20,064 nucleotides of DNA from Trichoplax adhaerens (taxonomy: Eukaryota; Animalia; Placozoa), in the NCBI RefSeq assembly GCF_000150275.1, contig NW_002060989.1:1-20064 (forward strand), given 5' to 3'. Every line of letters begins with the position of its first letter. Position 1 is the first letter of the stretch. The position numbers and the translations under genes are program-made. Shown one piece after another: positions 11,415-20,064 of this stretch. The notes under the pieces were generated by a model. It searched no databases, was not told where the DNA came from, and saw nothing but the letters and a program-made list of their open reading frames with translations.

Positions 11415-12311
11415 TATCGATGTGATGTGATATATATGTATGTACTATATGGAAGGGAATCGTAGAGTATAATCTGTACTAAGATATGTACGATTGATCG
11501 CTAGTATCCTAGTTGGTAACTATTTTTAGCTTACTTTAGAATTTATGATTCATAGTAGAGAGACCATCAACTGTTCTGTGAAGCACATAAAATGGTGGTG
11601 TAGTCGAGAATACTTTAGTTTTGTTTTGCTGCAGTTCATGGGTCTATTGAAATCGTGGATTAACTACTTAGAAGTTGATTGTTGAGATAAAGTAATTATT
11701 GAATCAGAAGTCGTAAGTTTCTCAGTAAGCTGTAATAATATCTTCTTTTAAGTAGCGTAAAGTATTTTAAGATAGACGATGATAGAAGGTATAAAGGATT
11801 TTATTGAGATACAAGTTACAGGCTAACAATGATATGGTTGTTATAGATAAGGTATTTGAGATAGCAGGAACGTAGGAACTGACTAACGAGTTAGCGTACA
11901 AGGGTATTTATAGGTTTTAGATGGGATTGAGATAATGTCTTTATATGTATAGCATGTCGTCTATATGTGGTCATGATGTCGTACATTATGAATGTAATAC
12001 AATACAGTACTTAAACGGCTTATGATAAGTATTCGTATATTAGGATATTACTATACTAGGCGTCTTCTATATAAGATCATAATGTTACAAGCGTTATAGA
12101 TATTGTCGGTTATAAGCTTTAAAATATGTTTAGAATTTAGCCACATTGTTATACCTATTTTTTGCAAAACTCACTGATTACTGTGAGTGGCTTGATAGAT
12201 AAAATATAGTAAATAAATCAGTTTTATCCCCTAATCTCCGCCTTATTTCAAAGTCCAATCATAAAGCAATTTAGTAACACTAAATTTTTATATATTTTCA
12301 TCGAACTCTTT

Positions 12312-12750
12312 CGTTTATTTGTTTTATGACTATATTAAACTAACTTGAGAGAAGCTCCTACGCTCAATTGAATCAAATTTTACCGGGTATACTAAAAATA
12401 GATTCAATAGCGGGTTTTGTATAAGGCTAACTATATTTATTTTACTACTGCAAGTATGATTCTTGATATTTGTAACCTGGTATGCTCTAGATATTTCTTA
12501 CAGGTAATCCCATCCACCCCGCCCTTGAAACGAACAGCGCGGGGGTATTTATACTACTGTTAGATGACTTTGATTATACATGGTATAAAGTTACTGAACC
12601 TCTGGCAGGTCTATGACAAATGATAATACAGTACTATCTGCTAAATGAGCGTATTATCGTAAACCGTCAGCAAAGCGATGGGAGTTTGTACTAGTTTATT
12701 TTAAAATAAGAGTGTCGTTGGCAAGTATCGTTATGAGAATATTTTATCCA
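12312..12750. repeat. Further unit(s) of the ~260-bp repeat family, split by the Helitron-like insertion
   Basis: 12312-12507 matches the family up to TTTCTTACAGGTAA. 12695-12750 resumes it (TTTATTTTAAAAT..GTTGGCAAGTATCGTTATGAGAATATT). Confidence 0.8.
12508..12694 (+). mobile_element. Non-autonomous Helitron-like element, 187 bp
   Basis: Starts with TC, ends with CTAG, sits between host A (12507) and T (12695), no target-site duplication. Subterminal hairpin CCGTCA-gcaaag-CGATGG (perfect TGACGG in the second copy) lies 9 nt before CTAG. Removing the element restores the host repeat. Confidence 0.8.
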
Positions 12751-13200
12751 GCTACAAGTATGAAAGCCAACCTGATTACTGTGGACTATGAAGGTGCCCA
12801 AAGATGGCTACTATAGGATGGCAAAGAGTTCAATGCCAACTTGTGGTTATTTATCTAACATGAGGTGTACATATTTGAAAGAATGAGACTATGAGTATAA
12901 ATTAAACTCATTAGCGTAGTATCGTGTAAGCTTTGAAAACGATAAATAAACCACCAAGACTTGATTTAAGCTAAAATGATGTAATCATTTATGCTTGCAT
13001 GCACTACTAACAAGTCATGAAATACGAGTACTTTCGAGGTTTTCTACGATTAGCAAAATAAAATGGCGTACTACTGTTTGGCAAACTAATGATGTTTAGA
13101 TGTATCATAGATAAGCACAACTTGTCATGTAGACCATCCAATTGGAAATTCAATTCTATTGGCAAGAATTTTAAAATAGTCTGATGATCCTTTGACGTCA

Positions 13201-13315
13201 CTAGTACAAACTCCCGTCACTTTGCTGACGGTTTACGATAATGTGCTCATTTAACAGATAGTACTGTATTACCATTTGATAGACCTGTCAGAGGTTCAGT
13301 AACTTTATACCGTGT
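13201..13315 (-). mobile_element. Second copy of the Helitron-like 3' end, opposite orientation (5' end uncertain, possibly 13501)
   Basis: Reverse complement matches 12578-12694 with about 8 substitutions and a 2-nt indel by eye. Ends with CCGTCA-gcaaag-TGACGG-gagtttgta-CTAG followed by T. Confidence 0.75.
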
Positions 13316-13492
13316 TCTGTATGCTGTAGAAATGTACCTAAACTTGACGAGCTGAAATGAATCAAATTAGTGCATATTATCTCTCAATTTAAATTTGTTT
13401 AAATAATATTGTCGCTATCGTCATATCTTAACCTGTTATGCCATTGTCATGAGATATATTGCTATAGAGTAATCCGTATGAAGAAAAGCGGC

Positions 13493-13622
13493 AGGGGTAG
13501 ATATTATTAATGCTAGAGGTTTAGTTTATCCTGTATCATAATACTTACGTTATCAAATTAATTTTACCTTGCTGTAAATATAGAAATTGTTGTTAAAGTG
13601 ATTAAAGCTAATATCTACCCCT
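13493..13622. mobile_element. Possible MITE: 130 bp bounded by perfect 14-bp inverted repeats
   Basis: AGGGGTAGATATTA (13493-13506) and TAATATCTACCCCT (13609-13622). No clean target-site duplication. Confidence 0.4.
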
Positions 13623-14525
13623 AATCGAAGCTACTATTAGTGAGAAATTGAATCATTTATTTCTATGTAAATGGCAAAGTATTAAGATACTATGAATCGT
13701 ATACAATTCGAATTGACTGAGATAGTGGAATAAAATATGTAAAAATTGGCCAAACATTAGCATCAACGTTCCCTTAATTGATTGGTGCCTCGTATATTGA
13801 CAGAATGAACGTAATCTCTACCCTAAGGGTGCTTTTAAAAGATGTTTACGTACTTGAGAGAATTTGATTCCTATTACGTAACGATGACTTCCAAGGTTGT
13901 AAATAAATAGGTAGATTCTAAGCTTGAAATAAACAAATAAATTCGTCCCCAGATCGATTTCTAGGAATCGTTTCATTGACGATCCGTAAGATCCATCCTA
14001 ATGCAAGCATGAGATATTCTATCGCGAAGAAAATTGATAAACTGTGAAATAACAAGGTCGATTGACGGAATTTCCGATAGTTTCATTGATTACGTTAGTA
14101 GAAGGCGAAGAATAGCTTACGAAATTTGGCAATTACCCAATTTACTTCTCTGTGAGAAAAGAATCCGTCAATATATACGATAGTGTATAAGAAATACAAA
14201 TTTCGCCATTGCATTGCGTTATTATCAATAAAGGTAAATTCGATTTTCAGTATTACTAGTAGGAGAATTTTTAATAACTTGAAGTAGTATAACAGTTACT
14301 CAAAAATGTATCGATTTTCCTCGTATAGTTGCTAAAATACTTAGCTGTTGTGCTAATATTTTTCACGGAATTATCGGTAGATTAGATACGTAACTCACAA
14401 TTGAACACAGTTATGATTCTCATTATGTAAACTTAGGTTAGAGATTTAATTTTGATACATAAAATTCTAACCTAGGTTTACTCAGCAAGCTACCGAAGTA
14501 CGGTAAGAATATCTTAGGAATCGAT

Positions 14526-15864
14526 ATGGGTAACGACATAAATAAGTTTGACAAAATTGGTTCAGAAAATTTAGATCCTCTATACCAATTTGCTGATCAC
14601 AAATATAAGGGTGGAGACTTACGAATGGCGAAATACTATTATAAATTGATCGTTGAGCAAATACGGGCTAAAAATAGTATAAAAAACGGATCAGAAGAAC
14701 TTTTAACTAAGACTTATTATTCGTTATCCAAAATTTATTTACAAGAAAAGAAACTCTCTGTAGCGGAAAAATATAATCGAAAAGCGGAAGCATACGCTCT
14801 AAAATTGGAAGATCAAGCTCGAGTGGCCGAAATTTTAGATATGCGAAGTGACATTAGAAGGCTTGAAGGCAAATATATTCAAGCCATTGATGATTTGAAG
14901 AAATCACTCTCCTTGAAATTTCAACTAGTAGGAACCAATGATAGATCGACCAGTTACAGCTATCATAAATTGGGAAAAGTTTATTATTCGCAATCGAAAT
15001 ATGAAGTCGCTTTGTCGTTCTACCGTAAAGCTTTGGATACTAGGAAAAATTCATTAGAAGAGAATAATGTAGAATTATATCAAGACATGGGATTTGCTTA
15101 TTCACGTTTATCGAGATTCAATGATGCTGAAGAAGTGTATAAGGAGGCATTAAATATTAAATTAACCTTGCCTGCATATAACGACACGAGTATTGCTAAT
15201 TCATATTGGTGCTTGGCCGTCATTTACTATCGCCAATCAAAATATGAAATAGCTCTAACAATGAATCGAACTGTTTTAGAATTGAGGATAAAAAGTCTTG
15301 GTGAAAGTCATCCTAGTGTTGCTAAATCGTACTATCATCTTGGGCTTACTTATTCTAAACTAAGCAAGTATAACGAAGCCTTGGATATGCATAAGAATGC
15401 TTTACACCTTCGGTTACATATTGGGAAAGAAAATCAAGTGGATGTTGCCTTGTCCTATGAGAAATTAGGCGTTAACTATGATCACCTCTGTCGATATTCA
15501 GATGCAATCTCAGCTTTTGAAAAGGGCTTGAACATTTTGCAAAAACTATATGGAAATCAGCACATAAAAGTAGCCACCAGCTATAATAGTCTTGGAATAG
15601 TCTATTGCCGTCTAGGACAATATGGCAAGGCACAAGATATGTATCATAAGGCCATGCATATTTTAATTAATCTAGGTGGAGGAAACTACGCTCAGATAGC
15701 TACCATATGCAATAATATGGGTAAAATTTTCAATGGCCAGCATAAACAGGATTGCTATTTTCATTTTAATGACACAAATAGTATTCTGCTTGAAAGTCAT
15801 AAGAGCAATGTTGTAGATCAACGGCCGAAATCCTATCCAATTGAAATAAAATCTAAAAGTTACG
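14526..15864 (+). CDS. Copy B exon 1: TPR repeat array
   Basis: MGNDINK start. ~42-aa TPR repeats such as HPSVAKSYYHLGLTYSKLSKYNEALDMHKNAL. Donor G|GTAAGT at 15865. Confidence 0.93.
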
Positions 15865-18800
15865 GTAAGTCTAAATTAAATCGTTTGGATGTTTCTTAGT
15901 CCTATTGTTTGTTGATTCAATGTTATATTTATATTATAATCAATACTAAAGATTAGTGCTGATATTTTAACACTAGAAAGTACAGTCGAATATTGTACGA
16001 TGGAATCAGAATTTCACGAAGATGAAGAATCATGTATGTGAGGGCTTTAAAGCTAAGCCAGCTATGCTTATATTTTGAGATATTCTAATTATCATTTACG
16101 TTTGCACATTTTTATGGATAGTTAAGGTATTTCTTAGCACCAGATTAAGCAATAATATAGAAATTATTTGCAATATTATTATTTTAGCATTTGATACCTA
16201 CAAAAAGATGCAAGGAGTTAGTAGCGTGGGAAGTCTAGATCCCGATACTGGAGAGCATAGAGGTAATATAGAAATTTCATAATATAAAGTTTGTTACGTT
16301 TACTTTAGTGTAAGAAATAATTATCGTAGCAAATGAAATTTAAAATTTAATTCGTTTCAAATGATACTGTAAGAGTTTTAAAATAGATTGCTGAACAATG
16401 TATTTAACCTTGTTTATTTGCTAGCCAGCAGAATGTAAAGTTCATTAACTAAATACATGGCTTGCTGTTAACAGTAGTTAATGTTTGAGTAAAGGGCTAT
16501 CGAACTAACTCACTATCATAATAGATCAGGGCTAATATGCGCGTATATATATAATCTACAAGTATATATCATGGCTAACTTACTATCATAATATTTTCAA
16601 GTAGAAGAGATATTACTGAAGTACTATTAAGCTGTTACGTAGATTATTAGTGTAAGAAATAATCACCTTAGTAAGTGAAAATTGAAAGTCCAATTGGTCC
16701 TAAAAGATGCAATACGTGCATATCAATGGATCGCTTAATGATATACTGATCTTGTTTATTTGCTGTCTTGATAGCTGCAGAATGTAAATTTTATTAAGAC
16801 ACAGTACATCATTTTCTTAATACTTCACTTCATCTTTTTCTATTCATAGGAATTCATATTCAAGAAAAGGACTATTTTCAAGCTTACGTCAAGGCGTTAA
16901 GGGAAGGCGAATGTCGAAGTAGTTTTATACGAATTATGATTTTTGGCCCTCCCAATGTTGGTAAATCGTCTATTATGAAAGTATTTACAGAACAGGGACT
17001 TATTCACCATGCAAGCAGGACCAAAATTGCAGAAAATACCAATAAAATGGTCAATCAAATATTTTATAATATCTGTGATAAAACCGTATGTAATTATCGT
17101 AATATACTGGATAAAAAAATTCTCGACACTGTGGAAAAGATCGATCAGCAAAATCTCATGACAAATCATGATGGCTATTTCAAGGATAGTCAAGTATTCG
17201 ATCACTTACCATCATGGTCCTCATCGAATGAGGAAATGGAATCACCGATCGCAATAAATAAAATGCAACATCATTTAGGTTTAAAATCATCTGTAACCGA
17301 CAGTAAACAACCTTTAGAAGAGATGCTTCATTTAAATAGTCAATGTAACCCATTAGATAAAAGTATAGATAGCTTAGAAGAATCTGGTTTCCATTCACAA
17401 TCGACAGATAGTTCTCCTATGGCAAATAATTTCTTACAGATTTACAAAGAATTCTATCAGCGCCGTTTGCAGATAGCTGATTTGGCGGATACTGAAGACT
17501 GCCAATATGGGAAATTGTGGGATTTTGGTGGCCATTCTATCTATCACGTTACTTATCAACCTTTCATGTCAGCTAACAGTATCTATATTCTTGTTTTTAA
17601 CATTACTCAAGATATCAACGATAAAATAGTGAAAAGAGATGGCTTGATTAGCGATATGACCTATTTACAAGCTGTACAGGAATGGTTAACTTCTATTATT
17701 GGCATAAATAGCAGCCGAGAAAAGATCCAAGTAAAAATCGATCAGCAAACAGAAGAATATTCCCTGCCAGTCGTTATTTTAGTTGCCTCTCATGCAGATG
17801 AGATTGAAAGAGAAGGGCAACGAATCAGAACATTTAAACGATTTGAACAGGCTCTTATTCAAATTTACCAGAGTATCGATGCAATATTTATTCTTCTCAA
17901 ATTATATTTAACTGCAATCCAAAAGATAATTGCCAGTCTATAGTCAAACAACGACAAGAATGCTGTCGCCGTTTACATCATATCATTAATAAGCTTGTAA
18001 CATCAATATCGTTCATGTGCAATGCAGTCCCAATTCGATGGTATGTTATGGCAAAAATTCTGCATTTAATAGCCAATAAACAATTAGAGCAAGAGGCTAG
18101 TAGTGCTAGTAGCAATGGTCTACAAAAGGGTCGAAAGATTGTAAAGGAGGAAGAAGTGCGCCAGTTGGCACGAGATTACGGGCTGTATAAAAATCATGAA
18201 GATTTACACTCTATGCTGCAGTACCTACATGATCTCGGCGAAATTGTCCACTGTCCTATAGGAATAGATGATGGGATTGTTGTGCTAGAAGTAGATTGGT
18301 TATTAAATATCTTTCGTGAAACTATTCATCTAGGTACATGTTTATCTAGAAATGCAGGTGTAACTTATGATTATCAGCAAGCGCCTATCACTGGTAAGAT
18401 ATCTAAGAGATATATTGATTATAAACTACAAGGTTTCAATTTAGATGAGCATGATAAGAAATTGGTATTGAAATTAATGGAAAAGTATGATATCATTTGT
18501 CCAATTCAATTTGATGATAGACAAAATTCATTACATCAATATTATTTTGTACCCTATTTGCTTCAGCCTGAAGTAGAATATTTTGATTTAGCAAGATATA
18601 CTCTATCCGATTGGTTGTATATTGGATACGAGCACAACGATGTTCCATATATCCCAGATAGCATTTACTACTGCCTGCTTTCATCGTGCTTGAAAGAATG
18701 GAATAATTCTCAACTGGAATTACATCATCAGTGTGCTAAGTATTACTTGGAAGGTAGTTACTACTATATCATTATTAAGAAAGAAAATTCGCATATTGGC

Positions 18801-20044
18801 CTTCAATATTGTTATCAGAAGGAACATAACCATAAAGATCTTGGTGTCATTATGGAGACTGTAAAACAATCAATTTGCTATGAACGTCCTCAAGACTTAA
18901 TAAGAAGGAAGCTAAAAGCGATAGTTAAGCAAAGATTACCTAGATTTAAGAGAGCAGACTGCCGATTTTATGTCAAATGTACCGAATGTCAACAAATTAC
19001 TGGTCTAGAGCAAAGTAAAAGATTAAGTAATCCTAGTTTAGTCCATTGTATTCCATGTAAGTTGCAATTTCACACTTCATCGATTGATGATTGGATGATT
19101 TATCGGCAAGAGAACTTATTAGGTAGGTCTAATCATACTGTATATAGAAATTATAAGCAGAGGAATACCAATCTTAGGCAATTCTACTGCTTGAAAAAAT
19201 AACGTTGTTATAAAGCGTCATTTTTACTCTACCACCTACAATTTGCAATGGAAATTCCCTTCAACAATTAAGACAAATTTAGTAATATCTTACTCTAGTC
19301 TTGTGCATCTAATCGTTACACAAATTATCTTAATTCCAGGTAGAGAGAAAAGCAACGAGGATCGTTATATTCATCATCGTCATGGTTAGTATTGCCATGC
19401 ACCAATGATGTCAAAGTCCAGCACAAAATTGATACTTCCATTTTTTCTTTATCTTATAGATGGACTTCCTCTAAATAATCCAAAATTACTCCCTGATGAT
19501 TCTGGTAAATATTTTATTGACATAGATCCTTCTTTTGGTAAATTTTTGGCTAAATTAATTTGCAAATTGGTTTTCATTGTAATAAATTTCTAATGGACAG
19601 TTAAGTCGCCTTCATTGGCATGACATAATGAATACAGACTATGCAAACATTGTCATTGAAATTCTTTACTAAGCCCGCCAAGTTGTAACGATCATTTTAT
19701 CATATTGACGATAAAATTCTATTTTGTGCATTAGCTTGATTATTAAATTGATTGCTTCAATAGTATATTGATATGTATTTACGATATCGTCTCTTTTGGC
19801 ATAGATCCTAGGAGATATTTTCCAGTGATTGCTAGAAGTATTGGAACAGACTGGCCTAAGCTGGCAGCTGAATTAGACCCCTATGTCGATATCGATCGTA
19901 TTAAAAGCGAGAATGTATTAGTATGGGATCAAGCCTTTAAATATTTACAATCATGGTACAAAAATTGCTACCAAAATGCCTCCATCAAATTGCTGAAAAA
20001 GGCTTTAAGAAATATTAAGAGAAATGATATCGTGAACTCTGTCG
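14526..20044 (+). CDS. Copy B: TPR-Roc-COR-Death domain Roco protein, at least 1358 aa, continuing past the window. Exons: 14526-15864, 15977-16033, 16188-16262, 16850-19122, 19340-19384, 19460-19504, 19805-20044
   Basis: All junctions are GT-AG and phase 1. All internal exons are multiples of 3 once one missing base near 17858 is restored, and the spliced frame is otherwise open. Confidence 0.82.
15977..16033 (+). CDS. Copy B exon 2: 57-nt acidic linker (ESTVEYCTMESEFHEDEES)
   Basis: CTAG| acceptor and |GTATGT donor; homologous to 2675-2731. Confidence 0.8.
16188..16262 (+). CDS. Copy B exon 3: 75-nt linker (SFDTYKKMQGVSSVGSLDPDTGEHR)
   Basis: TTATTTTAG| acceptor and G|GTAATA donor; single copy here. 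Confidence 0.8.
16850..19122 (+). CDS. Copy B exon 4: Roc GTPase, COR and CxxC-x19-CxxC motif, with one frameshift near 17858
   Basis: Acceptor TTCATAG| at 16849. GPPNVGKSS (16945), LWDFGG (near 17518), VASHAD (near 17788), LQYLHDLGEIV, YFVPYLL, CTEC...CIPC (18978-19058). Donor G|GTAGGT at 19123. Confidence 0.88.
19340..19384 (+). CDS. Copy B 45-nt linker exon (GREKSNEDRYIHHRH)
   Basis: TTCCAG| acceptor and G|GTTAGT donor, phase 1-1, open frame. Confidence 0.65.
19460..19504 (+). CDS. Copy B 45-nt linker exon (DGLPLNNPKLLPDDS); alternative in-frame donor at 19538
   Basis: Strong polypyrimidine tract with TATAG| acceptor and G|GTAAAT donor, phase 1-1. Confidence 0.7.
19805..20044 (+). CDS. 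Copy B Death domain exon (240 nt)
   Basis: Translates as DPRRYFPVIARSIGTDWPKLAAELDPYVDIDRIKSENVLVWDQAFKYLQSWYKNCYQNASIKLLKKALRNIKRNDIVNSV. This fits the Death-domain pattern IAxxIGxDWxxLAxxL...IDxI...QAxxxLxxW...A(S/T)xxxLxxALxxIxRxDIV. Flanked by CATAG| and G|GTAAGT. Confidence 0.9.
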
Positions 20045-20064
20045 GTAAGTGCTTCTCGATGTGG

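Noticed and set aside
11038-11430. 130-aa ORF
   Set aside because: Artefact of the N gap.
12755-13199. Coding-looking spacer between the inverted repeats (including ORF 13007-13201) as a transposase or captured gene
   Set aside because: Multiple stops in the frames examined and no recognisable motif. BLASTX would be needed.
19405-19593. 62-aa standalone ORF
   Set aside because: Only 19460-19504 (or up to 19537) is exon-like; the rest is flanking intron.
14526-20044. Assigning the symbol LRRK2, DAPK1 or KLC
   Set aside because: No kinase, LRR or ankyrin domain is seen in the window and the architecture matches none of them, so orthology cannot be supported.

Overview
AT-rich eukaryotic genomic DNA with short GT-AG introns. 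Composition and gene content suggest a basal invertebrate such as a placozoan; this is inference only. The window holds a tandem pair, about 13.3 kb apart on the + strand, of spliced Roco-family genes that the ORF track breaks into pieces. Reading splice sites by hand joins the pieces into one architecture: Met-Gly N-terminus, about 8-9 TPR repeats, short acidic linker exons, a Roc GTPase with a large insertion, COR, a CxxC-x19-CxxC motif, two 45-nt exons and a Death domain exon (19805-20044) that the ORF track misses. Every coding intron is phase 1. Copy B (14526 to beyond 20064) is intact apart from one 1-nt deletion near 17858. Copy A (1239-5984) has nonsense and frameshift lesions and has lost its 3' exons. 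A third COR remnant follows at about 6072-6682. The spacer contains a degenerate ~260-bp repeat family, an assembly gap, a 187-bp non-autonomous Helitron-like insertion with an identifiable empty site, an inverted second copy of its 3' end, and a small MITE-like element.
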